Shown here in pieces: positions 1-11,649 of a stretch of DNA of 64,000 nt. Numbering within the stretch: the stretch's first letter is position 1; every line of letters begins with the position of its first letter. The notes under the pieces were generated by a model. That model did not search any database, was not told the origin of the DNA, and saw only the letters and a program-made list of their open reading frames with translations. Position numbers and translations under genes: made by a program. This DNA comes from Lama guanicoe. Its lineage: Eukaryota. The DNA lies in contig MU053881.1 in NCBI GenBank assembly GCA_013239625.1, positions 8,145,957 to 8,209,956 on the forward strand, given 5' to 3'.

Positions 1-566
1 GCTATTATCGTAAATGTTTTATAGCCCTCATTACGGCTCACATTTAAATATCAGTGTAGTAATACATTAATAAGTCATCGCTGCCGGACTATTGCCGGAT
101 ACAGTTACAATCCAAGCCCTGCACTGTATGTTCAGCTAAATTAGGGCTGGCTGTGAACTCAACCTGACGCTGAGTGGCTGGGCGTGTTTGGAAGACAGCC
201 TCTTTTCTTCAGAGGCTTCTTGCTCTTTGCCTTTGAGAGATAAGGGGGACGCTTAAATTTTTGTGTGGTGGTGGTGAGTCAACAGCCCTAACTAACTAGG
301 TACCCCCGAGTGTGGCGCTTGGAACTCTGGGGCGGATGGACGAGGAACCGAAGGCAGCGTTTCTGCCCTGAAGGCATTCCTAATCCACGGAGAGTGCGGT
401 GGGGTGGGGTGGGCTGGTCCTCACTCCCAGGAAGCTCCCTGCCAAGGCAGGAGAGCCTGGTCTGATGGGAGTGACAGATTGTTCCTCTCTGTCTGATGAG
501 CTATTCTGAACACTTCCTGGGTAGATGGAGATAGGATGGGTTCACACACACGTGCACACAAAGACC

Positions 567-568
<2 letters not shown>

Positions 569-598
<30 letters not shown>
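569..598. repeat. (CA)n microsatellite
   Basis: Directly visible CA run. Confidence 0.95.
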
Positions 599-601
<3 letters not shown>

Positions 602-2570
602 AGAGAAGATAAGCCACATGAAAGAAAACAGCTACATGGATTCAACTTCATAAAATGCCAAGTGTCTGAACTGGTGCATTAGTGGAGGTGCAGAGCGGGC
701 AGAAGCCGGCAGCGTGAATTCGGTTCATTCCTCTTTATCGTGCCCTATGCCTAAAATAATGCCAGACACGTGGTACGTGCAGAATAAATATGGGGGGAAG
801 AAGGAGGGGAAAGTACTAGATTCTGTGCCTTTGTGTAAATAGAGGACAGATGCCTTGAGGAATCGCATAGGGCAAGGGGCTGTGGTTCCCTGGAATTCTA
901 CTGCGGGCTAGGGTCGTGGGGCGAGAGAGAATCTGATCTGTGCAGGGCCCCTTGAGGGGGTGGGGGGTGGGTATGGGGGCCGCTGTGTGCTGGACACAGC
1001 TATGTTCCTGTTCCCGTGGGGGTTGGGGTTAAGTGAGGGGAACAGGAATGACCACCACAGGACCGGGTTCTCTCCACTAATGTCAGTAAAATGGTAGCCT
1101 CGGCTTACAGAGCATTTCCTGCAGGCTAAGCCTCATACCAGCCCGTGAGTCGGGTGCCGCTACCTGCCTCCTTGAACCTGTGGGTGAGGGATGTTGGTGA
1201 TTTGCCTGAGACCACATGACTAGGGTAGGTAAGACCGAGTGTGAACCACGTATGGGCCAGGTCATGGGACTGTAGTCATGCACAAGACAGAAAATGCTAC
1301 AGGGCGTTTTAAGAGGAAGGTCGTGTGTTTACCAAGAGCCAAGGGCAGAAGAAGTCTGCTTAACCAGCTTCCAAAGAAAGGCTCTTTCCTGGGCCACTGG
1401 GAGCCCGTGATAGGGCAAGAGGAGTGGGACTGATGAGGAGGGAGGTGACCCCGAAGGAGCACAGGGGCGAGTGCCATCACGGAGGATCAGACCACAGGCT
1501 GTATCCCGCTCTTGCTCTTTGGGATGCAGAGTGAGGCAGGTGTGGGGCAGAGAGCTGAGAGCTGGGCTCAGCCTCACCACAATCGGTTGCCTCTGTCTGC
1601 GAAGTCACCGAACTAAGCGGCCCAGGAAAGCCCTCCTGCTCCGTAACATTTCCACCTCTGCAGATGGCTTTCTTGGCTGCCGCGCCTTCCCTGGGATTCT
1701 AGAAGGGTAAGCCCGGCGCTGTGTTTACCTACAGCCGGATTTCATTCTAGGGCAGACTTACTTCATTTTGGTCCTTTTACGGAGCTCCCACCCCTCTCTT
1801 CCCTTCTCCCTGTATGAAGATACCGGTCAGTCGCACTGGCGGAGTCCCCATCCTTGGTCACGGGGAGGCACAAGAGGAGGAGACTCCATCCCTGTCCTCG
1901 CCGAGCTCAGACTCACTTGAGATAAGATGTACTTGAAGAGTCAGAAGGTGCCTGGAAAATACTCATAAAATAACCTATCCACGTGGCATCCTGTATGAGG
2001 CAGGAGGTGTGATGGGCAGAGCAAGGAGTTTGGAGCAAGACAGTCAAGACAGTGCTGGGTTCAAGTCCCATCTCTACAGCTCCGCAGCTTTGAGTCCTTG
2101 GGAAGCGATCTCGCTTCTCTGTAGCTCGGCCCCCTCATCTATACCAGGAGGGTGATGCCCGCCCCGCAGGGCTGTGTGCGGCTAAGCCAGACGCTGTGTA
2201 CCTGTTTCCTTCTAAAACGAGGACAAGAATATGTAACTGGCTTTGTAGTTGTGAGGATGAGAGATGTTGTGACGAGGCACTCGGAAAACAGTGGGGTTTC
2301 AGGAAGCCCCCTTGTTGCCCCAGGGAGGTAGGTAAGTACTGAGACGGCAGCAGAGGGAGGGAGGGGTCCACCTGTAAAAGGGAATCCGGGGTCCTCTCAC
2401 CAGCTGGAGGTCCGTCCGCTTGTCTCCAGCTGCTGCACCCACAGATTGATGGTCCCTCTTGCAGTCGCATCCCGCCCTCCCCCACCTTCCATCAGCATCC
2501 TGGTGCCCCCCACCCCACCCCCACTGCTGCTTCCCTTCTGACCGTCTCCCTTTCTCCTCTCTCTCCACAG

Positions 2571-2642
2571 CACCCTTAACAACAACAACATTAGCCGCAT
2601 CCTGGTCACCAGCTTCAACCACATGCCGAAGATTCGCACCTT
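2571..2642 (+). CDS. SLIT3: SLIT3 internal exon (inferred exon 7), LRR of domain D1
   Basis: Polypyrimidine tract ending ccacag| at 2570; 72 nt; |gtgagt donor. Translates [23 protein letters not shown](L), matching SLIT3 as I recall it. Confidence 0.96.
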
Positions 2643-3602
2643 GTGAGTAAAGGTCCCTGCTTCCTCCCTAGCCGGTGCAGCCCCCTAAGCTGCTAATACA
2701 AGGTCACCCTGTACCCACATGCCACCTCCTCCTCCTGCTGTTGACTAAGGGGTGTGCCTGCGAGCCAGGGCCGGCTGGGGGAGGGGCCACGGTGCCGTCT
2801 GTGGTTCTGAACCACCATTCCGCTGCAGGCGGACTCTTTTCTCTTCATCCTGGGAGTCTTCCTGGACTGGAGAAATCTTCTTTGTGTTTTCCATCTGGAT
2901 GGAGAAGTTTATTAGAGTTACAGCCTCTAGAACTGGGATGTGATGGTTCGTCGTTTGTTTAGCTCATGTCCTGGACCATTGGCAGTTCTGTCATTATGGC
3001 CAGGGGTTACGGTTGGTTTCCCCTCCTGAACCGTGGAGAAGAGGGAGTCCTGGTCCTTCCTTCTCCCCATCCTCCCAGCCTCCACCCACCGCACTCCCCT
3101 ACTCGCCCGCTCCCTGGGTGATATTCTGATGTTAGAATGCAGTGACTTGGGTCTTTACCTTTAATGTGTGGGGTGGCTCAAGCCTTCCAGAGTGTGTTCT
3201 CAAGAAGCAAATCTCCCACTGAGAGCAAGTCTAGTGCCTTTATTACCTGGGAAGTTCCCCTCTGCTCTTAGCCAGATACCCCTTGGTGAGTGCCTCTGCT
3301 GATGGATTCTGCTGGCCTTTCCAAAGAGGTTCACACTTGATGCTTCTCTTGTGTTAGTGGAGCCTCAGTGGTGTTTACATCACAGTAGTAGGTTAGCTCC
3401 CAAGAGTAAAGTGCCTGGCACGTAGTAGACAGTAAATGGCACTGATTTTTTTATTATTATTATTAGTGTCATTACCATTATTATTGCTAGCATCATCATC
3501 ATCATCCTATTTATCTAGAAATCGGAATGGAAAATACCAAGCAATCAGCTTATCTATGGCCCCCGGGCAACGTGGAATCCACAGAGATGTGAACGTCCTT
3601 AG

Positions 3603-3796
3603 AGCGATGGTTCCTGAAGTGGGAGGGGTGGCCCTTAGACCAGCAGTGTCAGCATCCCCTTCGACTCACTGAAAAGCAAAATCTCAGGTCCCACCTCAGA
3701 CCCATGGGACCAGAATCTCTGGGGTGGGGCCAGCCACCTGTTTTTAACAAGCCCTCCAGGAGATTTCAATGCTCAGAGGGTTTGAGAACCCCTGCA
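3603..3796. mobile_element. MER5A-like hAT-Charlie element
   Basis: gaccagcagtgtcagcatc...aatctcaggtcccacctcagacc...tttaacaagccctccaggagatt...tttgagaacccctg resembles the MER5A consensus. Confidence 0.8.
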
Positions 3797-3889
3797 TTAG
3801 TGATAAAGCGACCTTATCGCAGGTAAGAATGAAGCAAAGGTCAAGGAAGCAATGTTAGGGAGGTGATTCGGAGACCCTAGGAAGGACGC

Positions 3890-4080
3890 AGGGCTGGGAG
3901 TCGGGCAGACCTGAGTTTACATGCGAGCTCTGCCGCTTACTCTGGGCAAGTTTCCTCGTCTCTCTGTTCTTCAAGGGCAGTGAATTGATAGGTGCTTGCC
4001 TCAGAGTTCTTGGGGGAATGAAATGTACTAGCGTGTCAAGTGCCTGGTCATGGTGCGCCCTCCACAAATACTAGTTATTA
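3890..4080 (+). mobile_element. MIR SINE
   Basis: gcagacctgagttt...ctctgccgcttactctgggcaagtt...aatgaaatgta...gtgcctggtcatgg; degenerate MIR core and tail. Confidence 0.7.
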
Positions 4081-5244
4081 CAAAGAAGGAGGCCCCGAGC
4101 TCGGCTTCCAGCATCGTGCACTCATTCCATCATTCTTCATTTGATCCCCCATGGGATGTCCGAATTCAGCCAGGGAAATCTAACCTCTTCCTCCCCTTTT
4201 AAAAGGGGATGATGCAGTAATGGACTTTTAAGGCGAAACCACTGGGTCTTCAAAGGGCTCTTCAAAGTCCACGGCAAACCACGAATGAGCTACAGAAGAA
4301 TGTGGCCCGGGGCTCCTGGCCAGGAAGCCAGAAATGAGCCTCAGGGTGCCAGGCCCGCATCTCCCCGGTTGAATAGAAGAAATAGAGCTCTCACCTGCAG
4401 AAGCCAAGCAGTCCAGCTGCCATGGGCTGCCCCTCTGCGATTTCTACTACTCTCCCCAACCCCAGCCCTGGTTGTTTTTAGTTTAAGTGCATCAATAACA
4501 GAACTGGGCTGGGTCCATGGAAGGCAGGGGAGATGGCAAGGTCTGGATCTTAGGCACTTTGTTTGGGTCTCGTAGGGGTCGGGGAAGAGGGTGGGAGGGT
4601 TTTTTTCCTCCTGGTTTCTGTTGTCATACTTCCCTGTGGTCCTGAGCACTCATCTGATGAGTTCAGATCAATCAATCAATCTCGTCTGTTCTCTTTGCTC
4701 CCTGCCCACTGCCGTTGCCTCTTTAGTTTAATTTCAGAGATGGCTCTGTAGAGAATTCCCCGGAGACCTGAGCTGACTAATCCCCCTTCACTGTAATTAA
4801 AGTGTGGTGGGCTGGGGGCCGGGGAGGGGGTTTGGTGGTGGAGACGCAGAGAAGAGGAGAGAGGAAGGAAGTCATAAATGGGATTTCTAAAGAAAAGCTT
4901 TTATATTGAATTCAGAAAGCCACATTTTATAGAAAATGAACACTGACCCTCTCTAAAAGGATTTGCTGGAAATTTAATTTAGCGTCTGTGGCTAAAAGGC
5001 ACCTTTTACAAATTGGCATTTGTATTCATTCACCTTATCTTCTGCAAAGAAAAAAAAGGTGGCTTTGCCAACATGCAGTATGGTGTTCCCGTCAGCAAAA
5101 GACCACAGAACAACTCGGCAGGAACCACTGAGCCACCTTGATGCTTTAGCGTCTGAGATGATAGCCTTTGGACGGGCAGGGCCTTGGGTTGGGAAGAGAC
5201 TGGAGTCTGGAGCTGGTCTCCTCACAATAGCAATGACAATAGCA

Positions 5245-5440
5245 AACATTTCTTCAATGGTTTATGGTGTCCCACACCTTGTGCTAAGAACTTTTCATGA
5301 GTCATTTCAATCCTCGCGATGGCCCATTAACATCCCCATTTTACAGATGATAACACTGAGGCCCAGGGTTAAATCACTGCCCATGGTCGTAGTTGAAAAG
5401 CACAGAGCCAGTGTCAGATTCCAGCAGTTTGACATCAGAA
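5245..5440 (-). mobile_element. MIR SINE
   Basis: tcatttcaatcctc...catccccattttacagatgataacactgaggcccagggttaaatcactgccca is the reverse complement of the MIR core. Confidence 0.75.
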
Positions 5441-7962
5441 CCTGAGCTCATCCCGTTCAGTAGGAGCAGAAACAGAAGAGCATCAGACGAGCTGAGGGAG
5501 GGGAGACCACAGCTTCCACACGGCTGAAGGGCCCCTGGAGGCCACCCTCCCCGCCCCATCACAAGAGTTACTGAAAGTAATTAAAGTAATTTCTCTTCTC
5601 ACTCCAGAAAATTAAAAATACTCCTGGCAGTGTCTGGGCTCAGGTTTCAAGATCATCATGATTCTTTTTCTTGTAATATTGGAGTTTGGGGTGATACGGC
5701 TCAATCTGATCTCCCAATCGCGATGTGATAGGCAACTCAGAAGAATCTACCCAGCTCGACTCTCCAGCCTCTCCAGAGGCAGTTTGGGTCACCTCTTACC
5801 CGTGGTCCTACCTGGGGGAAAAGGAATTCCTACAGAAGGCAAAGGGATAAGGGCCATCTAAAGCAAGCTTAAGAAGAGAGGGTGCTTGGGGCCGGCCAGC
5901 ACCTGCCGCCTCTGCTGTGCCTGGTCACCTAGAACTGGCCCACTGTCACCATTTTCCTGGGCAGCCTTTATACCTGGTGGTGTAGCTCCCTGATGGGTCA
6001 GGAGACAGATCGTTTGCATGCGTGCTGCCATTTCCCAAGAAATCCCAATGGGGAAAAGGAATTCCCTCCTCCCTTTCTTGCTTTTGAGAAAAGGGTAACT
6101 CGTTCCAGGTCCACCACCAGGCCTCCCTTCTCTGTCCTCTTTGGTCATCTTTGTTGACTACACAGAGCTCTTGCTTTCCTTCTTAGAACTTAGGATCTTG
6201 CCTCCCCCATCCCTTCCCACCTGTCGCAGCTCTTCCTGGAGTGCCAGACTAAGAGGACGCCAGGCTGGCTGCAGCAGCATAGGGGGGATCTGAGCTTTGA
6301 CACTCAAAGGGGGAAATTGCTTGGGGCCCATGACAGGCACAGTAATCTTGGGCTTAGCAACCTGTGAAAATGTCTTTGACCTTAAAGTATTGGCTTTGAA
6401 GTACAAAAGGAAAATTATAACATCCAAATTAATCATTTTTAAACAAAATCATAAAAAAAAACCCTTTTCAAATTTTTTCAGCAGAAAAGAATTACATTCT
6501 AGCTGGGATTTAGGTTCATTTAGTTGGTCTCATATAATGGGACCTGGGACTCCCCTCCCCACCCCGCCCCCACCCCTACCCTGCCCCAGGTTTGCACCCG
6601 TGCAGCGGCAGGGACGCTCTGCCGACAGGCAGCACAGATTGCTGCCCTTGGCCGGCGTTTAGCGATGTTGACCTCGCTCTAAGCGGAGTGTGGTCAAGAG
6701 TCCTTCAGCTCCCTCCATTTCAGGCATGGAGGGAGCCCGAGCCGCTGCCTCAGGCTGCCTCTCAGTATTAACTGGAGTGACACAGAGTGCTTGGAAGTCC
6801 CAAGGTACTGCTGTGTGGTCAGCAGGTCCAGGATGGGGTGTCTGAAATTTGTATCAGAAAGCCAAGTATGTGATAAGCTGATGTGACTAGAACTCCCCTA
6901 CCACCACTTCTAAGGACCTAGGTTTGTAGGGAATGTGGAAGTCGGAGATCCCTGATAGAGCAACCTTGGGGAAGAGCCTTTAGGGGCCCCTGGATAGGCA
7001 GGGTTTGCCCACCAGTTAGTGGAAAGGAAGCTCAGTTTAACCAGAAGGGATTCCCCCCAGACGTGGAACCTGCAGATCCCTCTCGGGAATCTTATTCACT
7101 CCAGGGTGAGACGTTGATCTGAAATCACAGCTGCTTGAGGGAGAAGGCCCGAGAGTCCTGGGAATGGACAGGAAGCCTTTTCAGGGCACTGAACCAGTCA
7201 GAATAGCAAGCACACCGGGTGGAACAGAGCTTGGGGAAGCAGGGAAGGGCACTCTGGAGAAATCGCGGTGGATTTCAGGAATCTGTATGGACGACCCCTT
7301 ATTTGGATAGGAGGATGGCGAGCAGGTGCATCCTTCAGGAAGTACCCTTCTCTCCGCGCCCTGCTCACCCGGGCTAGTGCACACAGTGGTGTTGGTTTCA
7401 GGCTCACCAGCGTGACCTGCAGGGGGTCCATGAAAGGGACACTTAGGGAGGGAGGGAAGGAAAGAGAAAAGACAACAGCAGGTCTCAGCCACAATCCACC
7501 ACAGACTGGGGACTGAGACGAAGAAGCTGTTGCAAGCCGTAACTTGTAACTCGGGCTAGCTAAAGTACTGAAATTTGCACCAGAGTCAGCCCTTTGGGAG
7601 TCTGGAAGTTTGACCCAAATCAGCACCGTCTGTATAATATTGTTACACTCCCTCTTCTATGTGCTGAGTGGGAAAGAGAAGGATGGAATTAATACCCAGA
7701 GACAGGAATTGCTCAGAGCCCTGGAGGCCTCCGTTGGACGTGGCCAGCATGAGAAGATGACTGTCATCTGTGGCCTGGTGACAGAATGGTTGGGGCTCTT
7801 GCGGTTATTCAGTGGCGCAGAGGGAGTGCTCCCCTGGGCTTCTGAGGATCATCATGCTGGGCCAAGGGGCTCAGAGGTGTGGCCCTCTCTGTTCAGCCAG
7901 TGGCAGCCTCCCCACTTCCCGCGGTAACAGCAGCATCTTCCCTCTGTCCCTCCCTCTCCCAG

Positions 7963-8126
7963 GCGCCTCCACTCCAACCACCTGTACTGTGACTGCCACC
8001 TGGCCTGGCTCTCGGATTGGCTGCGGCAGCGGCGGACCATCGGCCAGTTCACTCTCTGCATGGCTCCCGTGCACCTGAGGGGCTTCAACGTGGCGGACGT
8101 GCAGAAGAAGGAGTACGTGTGCCCAG
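7963..8126 (+). CDS. SLIT3: SLIT3 exon (inferred exon 8), last LRR and LRRCT cap of D1
   Basis: ctcccag| acceptor, 164 nt, |gtgagg donor; [54 protein letters not shown]. Confidence 0.97.
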
Positions 8127-8301
8127 GTGAGGTGGCCCCTGCGCTCTCCCCTCCCGTCGTGTACTGTGACTCACCCACCCGGGAGCTGTCCTTGACGTCA
8201 CCTTGGCCTTGAACACGCACCCCAGCCCAGAGCTTGGCATGGAGCCTCCAGTCACTGAAAGAACTCTAGTGCACCTCCAGGGGTTGCAGAATAGAAGTCT
8301 T

Positions 8302-8412
8302 GGACAGGAGGGGAGCTCAGTGGTGCAGCGCATGCTTAGCATGCATGAGGTCTTGGGTTTGATCCCCCAGTACCTCCATTTTTTAAAAAAAAGAAGAAAT
8401 TTTTTTAAAAAG
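8302..8412 (+). mobile_element. tRNA-Ala-derived SINE, camelid vic-1-like
   Basis: agctcagtggtgcagcgcatgcttagcatgcatgaggtcttgggtttgatcccccagtacctccatt plus A/T-rich tail; A-box and B-box-like segments; no clean TSD. Confidence 0.85.
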
Positions 8413-8574
8413 GCTCTTGCATCCAGTAAAGGAAAATTCTCAAGGAACTCACTTTCTGCTAAGCCTCATAATCCATCAATGTGAGGAATCCTAACATTCA
8501 TTAGGTCCTTCAGCGTTAGCCAGACCCGTTCCTATTGCCCAGTTGCTCCTAGAAATTGGGAGACAGGCTAATGG

Positions 8575-8790
8575 AGGCCGCGGGGTCAGCCTGCCTGGCT
8601 GGAAATCTTAGCTCTGTCCCTTAGTGATGTGTGACTTTGGCAAGTTACTGCATGTCTGCAAAATGGAAATAATCGTAGCCCATAACTCAAGGGATGGGTG
8701 GGAGGATCAAATGAAATAATGCGTATAAAGCACTTAGCATAATACACAGCACTTGGTAAGAGCTAATGAGTGGAGTTTAATTATTATAGT
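8575..8790 (+). mobile_element. MIR SINE
   Basis: gtgtgactttggcaagttact...tctgcaaaatggaaataat...ggatcaaatgaaataatgcgtataaagcacttagcat. Confidence 0.75.
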
Positions 8791-11509
8791 TTAGTGGTCC
8801 CATGAAATGTGCTGAGCAGACATGAGAGTTGATCTGTGGGTAACTGAAGTGTAACAGACGCGCAGATGCCCACGTGGACCAGGAGACAGAGCTGTGCTCG
8901 GACACGACCGAAGGCAGCTCAGCTCTTGAGAAAAGCTTCCCAGAGGATGTCACTTTTTGCCTTGGGTCCTAAGTGTTGCTTGCTTGTGCGTCTTTACTTT
9001 CATTGACATTGTCCATTCCCGTCACCTTCCCTTTTCCGGTGGCGAGGAAGTCGAGCTAATCTCTCGGAACACAGCCCTGGAATTGGGGGCCAGTGGCTTC
9101 TAAAGGCTGATCTCGGGGTATGCGCGCGTAGGAAGGGAAAAGAACCACGGGGAGCTTAGCTGCCCTTCTCACTTTATTTTTTTAACTCTTGCCCGTTTTC
9201 AGTTTGGAAGGTTTATTGAGCCCACTATGCGCTAGGGGGCCCGGTACGGTCAGGCGTGAAGGCGGGCCCGCTTCTGCTCCTGGGCTACATGGCCCACATT
9301 TGGAATTTGCCTGGAATTCAACTTCATCCCGCTCTCTGCTGCTCTCTCCCACCATGTCACTACTTCATCGGGTTATTTGTTATCCAAAAACATTTTAACA
9401 TGTCTCAGAGCAGTACCTCAATAATTTCCTATAGACGCCCACTCAGAAATCACTTTCCATCAAACACATAATAAAACCGTTTATCACACAGGCACCAAAT
9501 TCAAATACAGTGACTATAATTACAGTAATTATTAGGCAAAGGGTACAATAGCAGCATAAGTACCAGTGAAAGAAATAATTACAGAGTGCAGGAGTCATCC
9601 AGGAGCTCGTGAGGAAAGCTAATTAGGGAGGATGTGAAAACACACCATCATAGGTGGGTGCCAAGTTGAAAGCTACACATGGACACAAATATACTTCATC
9701 ACAGAAGCACCGAGACACTGCAGTCAGGACCCGAAACCCAGGGTGGGAAGGCTGGCCCTTCTGGGTCCTGGAGGTGCTCCAGTCTCGCTCCTACAAAAAG
9801 GCTGGATCTCCCAGGTGGGTTAGTGGTTACATAGGTGCCTCTTACCCTGCTCTGTTTCTAGCAATCAAGCCTATCGCTTGTGATGGTCCCCGTAGCGTCT
9901 CAAAACGAAGCCAGGTGTCATTTGAGGGCGTGAGAATTTAATCCAGAGACTCCAGAGATAAATACACTATTAATCTCCACCGTCTCGCTAGTAGTAAGAA
10001 TTTAGGGGGTAGGGACATATTGGGGACCCTGTGCATGGGGGATTTTTTTTAGATGCTTTTCCCAGGCTCCCAAAGGTTAAAAATAGAATTCTGTGCAGGG
10101 TTACTTTCTAAAAAGTTCTACTGGTGAACTGAACATCCATGATGAACAAAACACCACCATCATTAGTGGGGTTCAGGGGGAGCACCCCCTCTTGAAAGTG
10201 CTGCCTCTTTAATAATTAGTAAAGGTGGTTGGTGAGACTGTGGTAAAAGGATGCCAGAGGAAGCAGCGTGGAGCAAGACTCGGTCTGTGCATACGCAGGA
10301 GGTCAAAGAGAAGAGCTGTTTTCACATACTGACCCCCTCCATGAAATGCAGCCCACCTCTGAGGGTGCAGGTCCCTCCCACCCCGACGGCACAGCCCAGC
10401 CCAGCATCCGAATGAGGCAGTTTTGGGGACAGACTTGATGGCGGTGGTTTTTAAGCTGCAAAACCACCAGGGCTTGTCCCCATCCAAGCTATTCCCCCCA
10501 GTGACCTGCAGAAGGAGGACTTCAGTCAAGAAAGGAGGGGCACGCACATCTCTTAAGGAATAGCAGTCACCTGCTTAGCAGAGAGGTAGAGGTGGGGCAG
10601 CAATTAAGCTGTCCCCATGTGCATCTCCATCACCCTGTCGAGGCAGCAGAAGAAAACCTCCCTGTGCCCCTACACGGTATTGAGAAAGTCACCGAACACA
10701 CGACTCCAGAGACAGGAAAGAGCTTTATCTCTCTCAGCCTGTGAGGGCCCTGCCTGCCCAAGTCCCTGATAGCTCCCTTTGAATTAAATCCGGCTGTCTG
10801 GAGCCCAGCCTCCTCTCCCCCGAAGCCTGGCTACGGGCTCCTTATCACTCCAGCTCACCCAGAAATGTGCTAGCAGCGCACTTCGGCAAAATTCATCTCC
10901 TCTGTCAACTGTCCCCTTCCGTCGAAGGCATTTATTTTCTTCCCCTAGGGAGACAACTGGGAATTTTTCACAAGGGTGGGAGACTCTGCCTTTACTTTAT
11001 TTATTATTAACAGTTTTTTCTGATACACAACTGGGCTGCCTGGTTTCCTTTCGCTATGGCTGAAATGTTTCTCTGTGAATTTGCATGGTTTTAAAAGGAC
11101 AGTTATGGCCGTAGGATGGGCAGAGTCCCTGACCCAGGCTGGGGCTTTATCAGAGTTCGTACGACAGATCAGAGAAAAGGTTCTGCCTTGGCCGCTATTA
11201 GGCTCATGTTATATGAGTTGCAAGTTGTCGAAATTTTTTTCCATCCTTACCTAAAGGGCTTATTTTGGAGTGAAAACCCTAGGATTTCTCTTCTGTGTGT
11301 CAATTTTCTGATACCTTAATCTGAGAAAGTTTCTACCAGTTACAATATGTAATTCAAGGGTATTAGCTAAATATTTGATCTCTTGAGTCAGTTATCTCTT
11401 TCCTCTGAACATCTTTGAACCTTTTAGGCCTCGTCCACTGGTTTTACATTTATCTGTCCATAGCCTTTGAATGTGAGATATCATTTCATGAAGATTAATC
11501 TTGTCTTCT

Positions 11510-11649
11510 GGGGGCCGGGTGTAGCTCAACTGGTAGAGCACATGCTTAGCATGCACGAGGTCCTGGGTCCAGTCCCCAGTACCTCCATTAAAATAAGCAA
11601 ATAAATAAATCTAATTACTCCCCCAAATAAAATAACTAAATTTTTTAAA
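11510..11649 (+). mobile_element. tRNA-Ala-derived SINE, camelid vic-1-like, with TSD
   Basis: Same tRNA-like head and tail aaataaataaatctaattactccccc; flanked by aatcttgtcttct (11497-11509) and aatgttgtcttct (11650-11662). Confidence 0.9.

Noticed and set aside
11510..11590. Possible tRNA-Ala(AGC) gene (also at 8302, 20517, 38876, 42058)
   Set aside because: All copies have degenerate stems and A-rich tails, and four have target-site duplications; they are SINEs, not tRNA genes.
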